From Chrysomallon squamiferum (Eukaryota > Animalia > Mollusca), in contig CM022671.1 in NCBI GenBank assembly GCA_012295275.1, forward strand, positions 26,412,001 through 26,476,000: DNA of 64,000 nucleotides. The letters run 5' to 3'. The notes below the pieces were generated by a model, which did not search any database, had not been told where the DNA came from, and worked only from the letters and a program-made list of their open reading frames with translations. Positions 14,907-29,919 of the stretch are shown one piece after another; position 1 is the first letter of the stretch; each line of letters begins with the position of its first letter. The position numbers were made by a program, and so were the translations under genes.

Positions 14907-14988
14907 AGAGAGAGAGACAGAGAGAGATAGAGAGAGAGAGAGAGATAGAGAGAGAGAGGGAGATAGAGAGAGAGAGGGAGGGAGGGAG

Positions 14989-15061
<73 letters not shown>

Positions 15062-15600
15062 ATTTAGTGTTTTCGACTAGAAGAAAGGACATGCATCTTA
15101 GGACAGCAAGTACTGCACTGTTTGATAAAGAAGTCATAAGCTCTGTCTGGATGGGGAAATTACTCATGAGATAGTGCATGCAAGTTGAAATCCAGAATTT
15201 AAAATATCTTATACATTGTTTTCTTAAATTGGAATTGTCTTCCCTATCCATCAACAAAATAGATGATTTAGGTATGTGTCTGTATGTGAGATAAATAGAG
15301 AAAGAGAGAGAGAGAAACAGATAGAGACAGAGAAAGAGAGAGACAAAGACAGAAACAGAAATGTAGAAAAAGAGAATAATAATTTAGTGTTTTCGATTAG
15401 GGCATCAAATACCACACTATTTGATAAACAAATCTTAGAGTTCTGGCTGGATCGGGAAATTATTCATGAGCTAGAGCATGCATGTTGAAATCCAGAGTTT
15501 AAAATTTCTTATTTTCTTAAATAAGAATCGTTTTTCCTATCCATCGTCAACAGCACAGATGATTTACTGGTGTGTGTGTGTGTGTGTGTGCGTGCGTGCG
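14907..15600. repeat. Tandem duplication of a (GA)n-linked element of about 200 bp (15059-15275 and 15376-15575)
   Basis: Both copies follow GA-rich tracts and share TAATTTAGTGTTTTCGA..., GGGAAATTA.TCATGAG, GCATGCA.GTTGAAATCCAGA and CCTATCCATC...AGATGATTTA. Confidence 0.85.
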
Positions 15601-16149
15601 TGCGTTTACTTATGGCGTTAGGCAGAGGTTAAAACCATCTCTACCCAAAACTAATTAAAAGTCCAACGTGATGCTCTTAAATTATCAAGTTTATGAAAGG
15701 AAAAAAAAAAAAAAAAATATAAAAACAGTGATAATAATAATAAGAAAGAAATCATAAAAAAAACTCGTGTTGGAGATTAATTTCTGAGTATGGCTTTTAG
15801 TCGCTGTTCGCGCCTCCATTCCTTTGACATCATCGTAATACTCGCAGCTACTGCGTAAACAAAACATTACATAGCGACATCACACTGTTGTCAACCAAGT
15901 CATCAAACGAAGCAGAAATAAATCTTTTTAATATATATATATATATATTTTTTTTTTCACCCGTCGTTTTCTAGATGCTTCATTTGTGCGTCTTCGTTTC
16001 CTCATTACGATAATGGCAAAGTGAGGACCATTTCTTCTTTTTCCTCGCAAGCTTTCCTCAAAGTGTCTCTAATTTGTATTGATTATTTTTCACTGCGGAT
16101 GAAAGACAAGCCGACAAATGAACGCAGGAACCTTTTTTTTTCTTCTTCT

Positions 16150-16191
<42 letters not shown>

Positions 16192-16560
16192 CATTTCCTC
16201 GGCTATCAAACAGCTACAGTTGTAAAAGCGGACAAATGAACGTGGGTTGTTGATTACCGAAGAACCACACTCGTGGTGCACGAGGGCAGTGATTTCTCAA
16301 ATTAACGAGCTGATCAGAGACGTGTTTCTAGTAGGCGTCCTCTGCCTATCGACCCGGACTCTGATTTCTGGCGCATGACCCAGCGACCACTCGGAAGTAT
16401 GGCCGAGAGCGAGATGTCATTAAAACGTCATTTTCAATCGAGAAGCTTCTATTCTGAAAGACTTATTTTGACTTCGTCGAAAACGGTGACACCATTTACG
16501 CTGATTACTAATGACAGGTCGATTTCTTGTAATTTTGAGCCACTTTTAATTTTTATTATC

Positions 16561-16615
<55 letters not shown>

Positions 16616-17252
16616 TTCTTTTTTTTTTTAGAGTCAAGTACCTGACAAGAACACACCCGCACATTGCACACGTCTATACCCAGCACATATATACACACAT
16701 TTATACAAAGATGCATATGAACACACAAAGAGTTTTAAAAATAAAACAAAAAACCAAAAAAAAAAAAAACCTTCTCGTAACATTTGTAACTATTCGCAGA
16801 TGCTCAAACATAAAAACACATATTTATAACTGGAAAACAGTACGTGCACATTAACGTACACATACACACACTCGTGCACACATATACGTACACATACACA
16901 CACTCGTACGCACATATACACACTCACAAAGATAGATAAAAAAAAAAAAAGAAACTCCACGAACAACGTCACAGGAATTCATCAACCAGTATAAATAAAA
17001 ATCCACGAATTAACAAATAAACAAAAACCTCATCACAACTATTACAGTAAATATAAAGCCATGCATGATAACATTTTCACTGTCGAAAACCAACGAACGA
17101 ACCAACCAAACAACCAACCAAACAACCGTCCAAACAAACAACCAACCAATCAACCAACCAAACAAACAACCAAACAACCAAACAAAACCCCAACAAACAA
17201 CCCATTAACAAAATTAGGGATACTTTTATTCATTTATAAACTTCCTTATATG

Positions 17253-17283
<31 letters not shown>

Positions 17284-19094
17284 TTTTAATAAAAACATTC
17301 TTGAACAATATTTTTGTTACCATTTACAAAACTGCCATATAATGGACAAATGGCAATATTAAATTTGTCAGCACAGCAATTACAGTGTCTGAGTGTGCTT
17401 ATATACTATATATACTATGAATCTTCATAAATATCTGTTGGGTTGACATATGTGAATAGTGTGGTCCTACACCTACCAAGTTACACAGTGGGAACTGATG
17501 AAAGATGATATGGATGTGTATTGCCATTATTCATTATTTATTTTTCTATTTATTATTCGTGCCTTAGAAATAATTACCAGTATAGATATCAAGATTTCGC
17601 GATGTCTTTAGCGAACGCGAAAGAAATACAATATGGAATAATATATATATTTGAAAGGTCGAAGGTGAAAAAACAAATCACAATCGAACAAAGCAAAATC
17701 ATGTTTAGAACTTAGGATGGCTATATTTAAAACATTTTATAATTAAAAACGATTATGTAAACTGTGCGCAGAATTAATAGCATAATTTAACCGGATGTGG
17801 AACAACACACACCGGATACAGAAAATATCAAGAGAAGACAACTCATTTGACAAAAAAAAAAAAAAGTAAAAAATAAAAAATAAAAATAAATTAAAAAATG
17901 TAGACGACTTGCCCTAACCGTCAAACAGCATTGGAAACATTTAACTGGCAAAAGCACAAAAGTCGTAATTAATGCAGTTACCTAGAAACGGTTTACGATC
18001 TTTAACAAACTAATGCTAAAAATCAAAATGGTTAACTGACAGAGATTGGTGAAGAAGAACAAAGACTCGTTTCATCTAAGAGAGAACAGGAACAAACAAA
18101 CTGCTAACCAAAAGTACAAAAAAAAAAAAAAACATGACGTGAAGTTGTTAATAAGAAACATTGAATTACGCGAAGCATTTTATCGAATTTTTTGGAGTCC
18201 AAATCTAATTCGTGGCTGGCAAACATACAACACTGGAATGCTTAGGGGAAAAAAAAATCTCTTCAACAGTACTAACACATTCTGTATGTAAATATTCCAA
18301 TGTTCTCTTTGAGTACAAATTTTTGTTTTGCACAACAGTCGTTCGTATGAAGTTCTCAAGCCTCTAAAATATAAAAACCTTATATGGTTAATAAAAAAAA
18401 AAAAAAAAAAATAGAATTTTGTTTTATTCCATAACAATACAGTGAAGTCAAAAAGTAATGCATTAAGAAAATCAATATCGTGATTATATTTTAAAATAAA
18501 TAATATTCCATGATGAATGTCATTCAAAGAGATATTAAAAAAAAAGAAGAAAAAAGGAACGTCTCGTTAAAAGAGAGATTAAAGACCTAGCAAAAATCGA
18601 TTTATTCGAATAAACAAATATCAGAATATTGTTGTTGCTGTGACATTAAATTACTAATACTTTTTCTCTCTCTTTTTTATAACTTTTTTTTTTTTTTTTT
18701 TTTTTTTTCAGTATCTTTCTTTTTCTTTATAACAATAGCAGTGGTATTTGAATTAGACAGTATAAAACATCTCACTGCAAATCTTTTAATTTGAAGAAAA
18801 ACGCGGTATTCCTCTTTTATCAGTTTTATTCTTATAACATAGATACAAGCACACATACACACACATATATATAACACATACACACATACATCCACACCTA
18901 GATACATACATACATACACACACATACACATACACATACATACACACATACATACTCATACCAAAAACACACACATACATCTATACATACAACACATATA
19001 TACACACATACAAAAAAACGCACACACACACACGCAAAAAAAAGCAACAAAACAACAAAGGAGTTACGCCTAATAAAATAGTGCTAAAATGTTA

Positions 19095-19168
<74 letters not shown>

Positions 19169-22141
19169 TATGTGTGTGTGAATGTGTGTGTATGTATGTA
19201 TGTATGTATACAGAAATTTTCAGGTTTGCCATTAAACTTAAGTACTAAAAAGAAATGGAAGAAATGCCTAAATTACATAACATATGACGTATATGTTATC
19301 AGAAACGGTTTCCCTTTCTCCACAGTTCTGAACAGAACCCAGCCCACACGAGTTAAAGAAGGTTCAGCAAAATCGCCAATCCAGCATCGATCTGGCCCCG
19401 ATGGTTGCGGAAAATCGGCGAAGAACAATACATGAGGCTAATAATAAAAATAAATTACAACATATTGATCTGACCTGATCGTTACAAAACTGTGGAAGAT
19501 TAAATAATATGAGAATTTCTTGTACATCGGAGATAATAAAACATGCGACGTAGTAGTCAAAGACAAGAGTGTTGCAGAGATAATAAATAAACTCAGAGGA
19601 TTGAAGTGACGTGATTGTGTGGCGTTATTATATTTTACTTGTAATATTCAGAAATGTGTGTGTGTGTGTGTATAGGTCTGTGTATATGTATGTATGTATA
19701 TATATATGTGTGTGTGTGTGTGTGTATATATGCCTGTGTGTTTATTCATTTATCCGGTCTGTCTATCTGTCTGTCCGTTTTTCTCTTTGTATTTCTATCT
19801 ATCCATCTGCGTATATGTTTGCATGTGGCTCTGTTGCTCTCTCTGTTTGTAAAAGTTTGTTTGACTTTCTGACCATCTATCACACTTTGTTTACACATAC
19901 TGTCAACCCATACATCCATCCATCTGTCTGGATATATATAAAACGTAAAAAAAAAAAAAATAAAAAAAAAAAATTTTAAAATAAAAAGAGTAAAAAAAAA
20001 AAAAAAAAACGAAACAAGCTAATATTGGCGAGATCTTCGTACGAGTCGGTTTCCACTGGTCGTCATTTTTGTTTCCTCTGTGTTTTTAGCACCGATAAAT
20101 CGACCCTGCTCCGTGCATTTTCATTAAGGCATTAGCAGACGTGACTCGCTTTCCAAAACGGAAACTGTGCACTGCATCGCGAGTGATTTAATTTGGATCT
20201 GAGGTCTCACGCACGCCGAGATCCCAGTGTCCTTTATGGAAGAAGATGGCGGCAAGCCCGCCTGGATAAAAATAATTAAAAAAAAGACACAAAAACTCGC
20301 TTTTGTTAGAGATTATTTAATCTAAAGTCACCGCCGTACATCAAATCAAATATTCTCCAGGAGAATGTGACAAGTGAAATAATATGAAATAATATGAAAT
20401 ATTAAACTTGACGCGAGAAGAAAAAAAATATATAATTCCAACTTATTTGATTTTTGTGGAAACATAAAGAGAGAAGGATAAAGACTGTTTATTGTTGTAC
20501 TATGTGAAGTAATAAAATAAAGTAATAATAATGAGAGTAACAGTAGAAATTGTTATAATAATAATAGCAGTAGTAATGGTGGCAGGAATAACATATGTTT
20601 AATAGCAATAAAATGTAATATAGTAATAGAAGTAGTAGGCGATATCATAGTTGCAGATATAATAAATTAGTTGTATAAGAGTTTAGGGGAAAAAAAAAAA
20701 TATATATATATATATTTTGATAGTCTGATGGTGACTGAATTAATGTAGTTTCCAAATTCCTAAGTGCTCAAATAAAACAACTACTTTTCCTCGCTGGGAG
20801 AAACAATTGTTATTCTCCTCTCAGCAATATTTCCTGTATGTTGGAAACTTTATGGTCCTTTTTATATTTAACATGGGACATTGTTTATCGTTTGCCTTGT
20901 AACCTAACGTAAATAAATTCCCAAAGCGTTTCGTACAAAACTAGAACAATGATATAATTTTATTTTCTACAGAGATTTACAATCTAGAACTATTAATGTA
21001 ACCGTAGGTTATAGTACTGGGCATAAATTTAAAACAATAAAATACTACACAAACAAAAAAACAACAAAAAAAAAAAAAGAAAAGAAAAACCCACAAAATA
21101 CGTCCACAAAACCACCACAAAAAGAAAAGCCAGTAAATAAAAAAATAAAATTCTGTAGAGCATAATAATATGAATGTTCGAGATGACAAACATAAAGCCA
21201 AAGTTCAATGTTTTAGTTGAATGAAAATAAAGTGAACCATTATCGCAAATGATGTTTTTTTTTTTTACTATTGTGTTTTAAAATCTAATAATAATGATTC
21301 TTTACAGTACACAGACCAGAGCAGCAAAATAAAACCTAAACTGCTGTTGATACATCTGACAATTATAAACCCGAAGTGTTTTAGCGCAGACAACATAAAC
21401 CGATGAAATGTCACAAGTATTCAAGTGCTCTTTTAGAAAAATTCTGATTAAGATTTCCGCTGAAGAGAATGTTTTTATTAAATTAAACCCGGCGTGAGAG
21501 AGTTTGAAAAATCAATCCACTATTCACAGCAAAATTACTTTCAGTTTTTCTATTCCCAATAGTGGTTAAGTCCGCTTCGGGGTCCAGTCGCTAGGGGGAC
21601 ACAGGTCTTAATTAGAACGGGGTTTGCTGCACCAACACAAGATGTCTCAAGGAAATTATTTTGAGTGATTTGTTACGCCTCAAGTGATGTTCTCATGAGA
21701 GATTTAGTTACGATATTCAAAATGGAATTTTGGCCAAATTTGTTTATGTGCACGACACACACACAAACACTGAGAGAAAGACAGACTGAAAGACAGAAAA
21801 ATAGACATTCAGACAGAGAGACAGAGAGACAGACAGAGAGCTATCGATCAAAACAGATATATTAGATAGATAGAAAAACTAACCGAATGATACAAGCACA
21901 GAGACAGACAGACATATAAATCGAGAGATGCTGAGAGTTTAAAACCTTCTGTTTGTCGTAGAATTCATACGTGCTTGTGTACAATTTCAAATTGTGTTAT
22001 TTATCAGTAGCTATTAAGAACGTAATGTGAAATCAGCTTGCAGAAAGGTTCAAATGACAAAACAGATTCAGAATAGTTTAGACTGCAGTTTCGGAAATTG
22101 TCACATTGATCGAAAGTGGCAATTTCACTTAACATAGCTAT

Positions 22142-22192
<51 letters not shown>

Positions 22193-23356
22193 TTATGTTA
22201 CAAACTACACGTATAACTACAATCCGAAAGAGAAGATAGCGTGAAACGAAATTAGATCTTTAAAGCGTGTGCAATTTATTTTATTATCACTATCGTGAAT
22301 AAAATGTTCCACCAACCATTGAAGTAAGTAGGCGTTAGGACTGTGACTAGCAATTTGAGAATTACTGTTAATCGACTTTGTTTCTTTATGGAATCCATTG
22401 CTTTGAATTTGCTTCAAACATAATTCAGTTCTAAGTTGGAATAATTTATAAATTGAAATCGAAGTCTCGTACGAAACAAAAATACAAAGTTGTTTTATTT
22501 AAAAAAAAAAATTGTTCAAACTGTTATAAAAGTAACGTTTTTATAGCATAGTGTTTAATGCTGAAAGTATTAGTGGACGATGAACTATTGTGATATACAG
22601 CAACAACAACAACAACAATAATAATAATAATAATACTATTGCTAATTCTATGAAAAAAGAAGAAAAAATAAAATAAATAAGATTTGATTGAATGTTATTT
22701 TCATATATATATACTCTTTTTTTTTCAATTTAATTTAATTTAATTTTTGATCATTTCTGCAATAAAGAAAGAAAGAAGAAAGAAAAAAACGAAAAAGAAA
22801 AACGAAAATTTAAAAGTTTAAAACATTCACTTTACTGTTTTTTTCTTTCTTTCTTTTCTTTCTTCCTTTTTCTTTATTTCTTCTTCTTCTTTTTTTTTAA
22901 TTTAAACATTCTAAATGTCTTTGTGAACATGTCTTGTTGATATTGATTATGTGAAAGTTTTAGTTAAAAAAAAAGAAGAAAAATGGCCTACATGCTGTAT
23001 TAATTCAGGTGGAACAAAAAAACGTGAAATTTAAATAAAAGTGTTATTTGTCACTGTGACAGAAACACGGACAAAAACTCACAACTCGCGGAAAGTGACG
23101 TATTGTAATAGGAAATCAACTGTAAAATCTGACACTATTTTAACACATCGCCAGAGTGAGACACATTTTTTCCCTTCCAGATTCTTACTTTTTTTTTCGT
23201 TTTTTTTTCAATTAATTTTTCACTTTCCATTAAAATCAAATTTACATCGTTAAAATTAATTTTTTTTTCTCTCTCCTTCAGTTGCCATAAAGCAAACCTG
23301 ACAGTTTCAAGATAACAGTCTTCATGTGTAATTTAACTTCATTTTTAATAATAATA

Positions 23357-23410
<54 letters not shown>

Positions 23411-24311
23411 CAATAATAGTAGTAGCAGTAATGGTAATACTACTACTAATAATAAATATTCAATTAAACTTAAAAAGAATAATACACTTAAGTTTTTAAA
23501 TATAAATAGAACGTGTAAGTTATACTATTAAATATACACATATCTGTATGCTTGTATGTATGTACGCATGTACGTATGCATTTATGTATGTATGCAGGTA
23601 TATATGTAGGCTCATAGATCTACGTATATAAGCATATATATATTCTGTGTGTTTTTATTATGCATGTGTATATATGTACATATGTATGCATCTATATATG
23701 TATTTATGTAAGTTTCTTAGTGTGTATGTACTCTTTAAAATTACAGTAACAAATTATGCCACATAAAATAAAAACACACACATTAAAACAAATTATAATT
23801 GTATTAAATAATATTCTGCTGACACTGTGTCTAGAACTAAACACACAAGACTGTGGTACACATTATTTACTTAGCACATAGACCAGAATATGTGAGAATA
23901 ATCATGTTAGTGGGTAATACGAAGGAGATTAAAGGAAAGAGAATGTCTAACATAGTGACGTACAAAGCTTTTGCAGTACAAGTAAAAATGCGGATGCAAG
24001 CCATCGCCAATCATAAACATACACTCTCTCAAATAAAGATAATAACAACAACTATTACTACCACTACTACTACTTCTGCTACTGCTGCTACTATTACAAC
24101 TATTACTACTATTAATAATAATAATTATTATTATTTTATAAAAAACAACAATAATAATAATAGCAATAATAATAAGAAGAAGAAGAAGAAGAAACAATAA
24201 GAAGAAAACGAAGTAGAATAAAATAATATAGTTGTTACTTATCGATCTTTTCTATTTATTTACATATATATATATATATATATATATATCCTACATGAAC
24301 GTAATTATCTG

Positions 24312-24730
24312 CTATTCAAACCCGGCGGTAACGCATAATATTACAGTCACTGAATTTACTAAGCCACCGCTTCTCTGTCGGTCAGAAAGTCGAAATCGGT
24401 GACTGCGGAGACACGTTCGCCTGTAGCCATTCAGAAAGCAATGACGGGCTAATGATGCGCGATTGCTGACACACCGGCCGAGTGTTAATAGCGTGTTTGA
24501 GATGTTGCCGCGACATCGCCATCGTGGTTGAACATTCATTAATTCGTACTGGTGTATTAACTACACGCTACGCCCTCCCAGTCATGTGACATGTCAATTC
24601 TTGCCGGCTATAGATCGAACATCGTTACAAAGCGTTCCAGTTTTGCTCCTACAAAGTCTTTTGCCTTGACTTTAACGACGACTTCCGTCTTCAAGGTCAA
24701 GGTCCAGGTTCGGAGAGAAAATGGCTGACT
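24312..24730. promoter_or_regulatory. CpG-rich candidate enhancer or alternative promoter about 2 kb upstream of RASL10
   Basis: GC/CpG-rich patch in an AT-rich background, with M-box-like AGTCATGTGAC (24580-24590) and nuclear-receptor half-site run TCAAGGTCAAGGTCCAGGTTC (24691-24711). Confidence 0.35.
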
Positions 24731-25277
24731 TATTTGTTTAAAAAAAGGAAAAACGACTTCAAAAATAAATAAATAAATAAATATAAAAAAGTTTAAAGTA
24801 CTGTAACTCTAAAAAAAGTATATTATTTACTTCGTCTTAGTTAAATAATTTTTTTTTTTTTTTTTTTATATATATTTGTTTTCTCACAAATTAACAGCCT
24901 GTCCGCCTAAATATCAGCTCCTCTAGTGTTTGCCTATCTCTGGGTTTTTTTATTTTTTAGGTATATTGTTTCTCTCTCTGCCAGTCTATCTATCTGTCTA
25001 TCTATCCATCTCCCTGTCTGTCTGTCTATCTATATAGGTATCTATCTTTCTGGATATTTCATCGTCTTTCTGTACGTACGTGTACATCTGTGAATTATGA
25101 AAATCAAAATATACACTTATTGATTAGATTTATTTAGCTTGTTTTCAGAATTCATCCGTGAGAGATAAATTGAAAGAAAAATTATATTAGTTTGATATAA
25201 TATTTTCGTTTGGTTATTTCTTTTTATTACTATTATATTTTGTTTTGCATTTTTCTTCTTTTTTTTTTTTCTTTCTT

Positions 25278-25308
<31 letters not shown>

Positions 25309-26099
25309 TTATTATTATTATTATTATTCTCTACGTAAATGTGTATGACTAGCTGCATTTTCATTTATGTAACTTATATTTGTTTCTGTTCGTTAGGATA
25401 TTAGTATCATATCATTTATATGTACATGTATATGTCTCTTTTTCTGTTAAACAGTATAATAGTATTGTATATTAAAGTATACCTCACTATGTACATGTCT
25501 TTGACTAGCTGCATTTTCATTTATATTACTCTTACATATATTTTTCTCTATTAGCATAAATATTATTGTAGTTATATACTAGTATTTTAATTTTGTGTTT
25601 TCGTAAAAAAATAAAAAAATAAAAAATAAATAAGAAAATAATTTTTTGTGATTAGTTTGAGTGTATACTATATTATGTGATAATTAGAGAGAAAATCAGA
25701 CTGAAAAGAAGAAAAGACAGCTAAAAGCCGGAAAGACTGCAGAGCCAAAGCAACACGGATGAAGATGAAAACGCTTGGTTACATTAACCTACATTCTATA
25801 ACAGCTGCATGTTTGAGAACATAAGAGAGAGAAGTATGACAAATGATAATGTAAATAAATATAGATATCCTCTTTTTTCCTTCTTCATTTTTTTTTTTTT
25901 TTTTTTTTTTATTTTTTTATTATTGAAAACAAAACATTAGCAGACGGAGATAATTTCTAAGACAGAAGAACCATAACGATTTGTTTATTTAGATCCATCA
26001 CCCTCTGCTTGACGACCTCAATTCCGTTATATAAATGGAAATCTCTGATCCGCCGATTTATCAGCGATATCTCTGGGAATTCACTGAAAATGAACCCAG

Positions 26100-26607
26100 T
26101 TAACGAAACACTGTCTCGTAACAGTTGGTGCAAACGCACACAGATGCAGCGTCTATCCTCTAATGTCTCATTCAGGGCGGCGTCTCACGTCAAAATATTG
26201 TTTGTTGTGTCGATGCAGTTGACGAAGCCGTCTGGTCCGTTTGGAATCGCCGGCGCGCATTGGCCGCGGCGGCAATGAATCTCTTGTATGTTAGGAAAGG
26301 AATCTTTTAAAACGGAATAATCTATTGGTGCTTTTTCATGCATACTCCTGTCGTCCTTAATTGCGACGCGGCCCTCAATCGATACGTTCGTTCAACACAC
26401 ACGTTATGATCACTGAGATTAGCACCATTACGACGTCGATCGAACTAGACCTATCGGTGAAACGTCTGACCAGTTCGGCAGAAGCAACGTGGAAGGACAC
26501 GACGTCTTTGCGAGGGCTGCGGAGGTGAGCGAGAGGAGGAGGCAGAACGAGAGAGAAAAAAGAATGACAAAGAACGAGGAGCTCGCAGACAATGCCTGCA
26601 TCTCAAG
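26100..26607 (+). promoter_or_regulatory. CpG-rich promoter and 5' leader of the RASL10-like gene
   Basis: High CpG density, reverse CCAAT boxes (ATTGG near 26259 and 26324), directly upstream of an ATG in strong context (AAGATGG). Confidence 0.5.
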
Positions 26608-27243
26608 ATGGCTACAAGTCATTTGACAATTGACGCTGATTTCCAAGCGGTTAAACTCGCTGTGCTTGGAGCGCCGGGTGTGGGAAAGAGTTCAATCATC
26701 CGCCAGTTTGTTATGAACCAGTTCGTCGAAGATTACTGCCCCACAGAGAACAAGGAGGTGTTCTGCCCGTCCGTCATCATAAATGAACATTTGTACGAGC
26801 TGAAGATCATAGACTGCCCTTACATTCCGTACTTCCCAGTCAACTCTCTTTACGAATGGACTGACTTCAGGGGATACGGCTTGCGGAACGCGTCAGCCTA
26901 CATTTTAGTTTACGATATCACTTCGGAAGAAAGTTTCCAGTACATCAAAAGCCTTCGTGACCAAATCCTCGAGAGCAGGGACATGCACGACGTGCCCATG
27001 TTCGTTGTTGGAAATAAACACGATTTAGCGGAGGAGCGAGGAATGCCGAGAAGGGAAGTGGCCACGATGGTTAAGAAACAGTGGAAATGCGGCTATATTG
27101 AGTGTTCAGCCAAATTTAACTGGCACATCGTTTTGCTGTTCAAGGAACTAATGAAAACTGTGGATTATATTGACTATGGCCACAAGCCGACGGCCATCAG
27201 AGTGCAAGACGCTCTAAGACGAAATAGGTGCTTGATTCTTTGA
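26608..27243 (+). CDS. RASL10B: Ras-like protein family member 10B-like small GTPase, single coding exon, 211 aa
   Basis: G1 GAPGVGKS; G3 position DCPY (family-typical loss of DxxG) followed by FPVNSLYEW; G4 NKHD; G5 ECSAK. WKCGYIECSAKFNWHIVLLF and C-terminal ALRRNRCLIL (CaaX) closely match recalled vertebrate RASL10B. Confidence 0.93.
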   Translation: MATSHLTIDADFQAVKLAVLGAPGVGKSSIIRQFVMNQFVEDYCPTENKEVFCPSVIINEHLYELKIIDCPYIPYFPVNSLYEWTDFRGYGLRNASAYILVYDITSEESFQYIKSLRDQILESRDMHDVPMFVVGNKHDLAEERGMPRREVATMVKKQWKCGYIECSAKFNWHIVLLFKELMKTVDYIDYGHKPTAIRVQDALRRNRCLIL

Positions 27244-27719
27244 TATTTGATTTTCATCCACACCGATCACACATAGATACATTTCATCAACAACGGCTGA
27301 TTCCATGCTGCAAGGAGACCACGTGTATTGTACTTTGTTTGCTGGGTAAATGTTTTAGACTCCGTGTGAATGTGTTTTTATTCTAAACATCGTTAGACTT
27401 GTAAACATGTCAATACTGTGTATCTACGTGAAGATTTTCTACCGAAAAGAGTAAGTCTACTTTTGAAAACGTTTTACAAACACTGTTTATAAAACTGATT
27501 TAAAAAAACAACAACAATAATAATCAAACAAAATCTATATTTACATATTTTCAACGCAAACTGAATTCGACTGAAATTTGCATTTGTTTCATTACAGAGA
27601 AGAGAAAAAAAGAAAGAAAACTAGATAAGAAACAATTTCAAAAATTATTTCATGTATTGTCAATAAATTTTAACCTATCTTTGTGTATTTTTTTATGTTC
27701 AATTCATTGTTTGCCTAAA

Positions 27720-28990
27720 AATAAAACCAAAGTCAGGTTCATTAATATTTGATAGAAACCTGTGAATGTTTAATACACGCCTGTTACTAAGATCGCATAT
27801 CTTGCTTCTGTTTGAAGGACACAGTGGTTACAGGAAACTAACAGATACATTGATGAATAGACATCCTGCCGCTACAGCTATTATATTAACTTACGGAGTT
27901 TGATAAATATTTGATTACCAGAATCATGTCACTACGCTGATCCTACGCTGATTTGGATAATAAACAGTTGTATTAAATCAAACAGGTTTGATGAATACAG
28001 TGCTGTTATTAAAATATCGTATCATATCTGTTAAGATCATTGATACAACAGTTACATAAAGTTAAAGCATATTCTGATATATATTTGCTAATCCTGACAT
28101 TAAAATGACTTTTATATACATTGTGAGTACAAGTTGATGAACGTCTATTTAAAATAATTGTATTATTAAAATTTCATGTTTTATACTTTTATTTAGATTG
28201 TCAGTACAATTGTTATATAAAAAATTAAATACATTTTGATTAAAACAACCCTGTTATTAAAATGTCGCATCTTATTCTTATTTTGACTGACGATACACCT
28301 GCTATACAAAATTCTGCAAGTTTGATGAATATTTGATCAATAGAATACTAGCACTTCTATATATTTATGTCACTTATACTTTGATACAAGAGTTATATAA
28401 ACTCAAAGAAGTTAGGTTGATATTTGAATAATACAAACCTATCACTACAATAAAATCATGCTACTTATATTTAAATAATACAACAATTATATAAAATCAA
28501 AGAAGTTAGGTTGATATTTGAATAATACAAACCTATCACTACAATAAATTCATGCTACTTAAATCATATTTAAATAATACAACAGTTATATAAAATTAAA
28601 GAAGTTAGGTTGATATTTCAGTAACACAAACCTACCACCACTATTAATTCATTGGTCACTTATATTTAGAAGATGTGAGAACAGTTAACTAAAACTAAAC
28701 TTATTGATAAATGTTTGATTAACACAATCCTGTAAGAAAATCTCATATCTTACTTGTAATAAAATTGTTGTATAATTGTTACTGAGCACATTTGTTAAAT
28801 ATTTGGTTCTTGCAATCCAATCCTCAGAACTTCAAATACACCATCTATTTAGTTTGCTGAAAACAAACAAAAACTATTACATAAAATAAAACACGTTTTG
28901 TGGATGTTTCATAAATACAGTCATCTCACTATAATGTCAAACTCAGTCGAGTTAACATCAGTGGTTTGACTGTTTATATAACCAAACTTT
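27720..28990. repeat. Degenerate tandem repeat, about 94-99-bp unit, best conserved at 28380-28660
   Basis: AAAGAAGTTAGGTTGATATTT at 28405, 28499 and 28598; older copies (TTGATGAATA...TGTTATTAAAAT) on either side. Confidence 0.8.
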
Positions 28991-29263
28991 AAACTAGTTC
29001 TTAATGTAAATATAATAAATATAAAAGAAGAAAAAAAAATCCGTCTATAAAAACCTATTAAAATGATGATGATGATGAATATATCCAAAAGGATAAACAT
29101 GTATTTCTACCAAGGTTAATACATTTGAATTACTTGGTTAAATGCACGAAGTATCAGAAATAAAAATAAACATGTTCATTTTTATGTGCACAAAAATACA
29201 AATATATACACAAACACGTGCACATACAGTCACACATAAAAACGTACTTACATACTGACAGAA

Positions 29264-29302
<39 letters not shown>

Positions 29303-29919
29303 TAGTTAGGTAAGTATATATACACATGCATATATACATAATTCATATATAAATACATATCTGCGTATGTTTCTGTGTACATGTACATATGCATGCATGT
29401 ATGTTTGTTTCTGTATTGTGTTTGATTCGCTAATTTACTTTCATTTGTTTTGAAAATGAAATCGTTTGTTGCTTGGATATTTCAGCGAAGTGAGATCAAA
29501 TATTTTTAAATTTAAGAAAACTACGTTCTTCGATCTAAAGAACATTAGAAAGGATTAGAAACTGAAAAACTGACAATGACAGAAAAAGGTTTTTCACTGA
29601 GTTTCGAGGTGTGTGAATACAGAGCACCCGCTGACAACGATTAGTTTTTTACATTGATCATTAAGTTTGAATTCAGATCAGAACAGCAGTCTCAGACTTT
29701 TCATTACGTGAGTGTAAACATTATCACACGCAGAGTTTTTCTAATATAAAAATAATAAATAATTAACTATATAAAGTAAAATGTAACAGTGACAATGGAG
29801 ACAATTTTGTTTTCAGAAACTATACAAATAAAACGAGCAAAAATATTTCGTAGGAGAGAGTTTGAATAAACATTGTATATCTTAGGTACATAATGTATAT
29901 AAAATTGTATATATTTATT

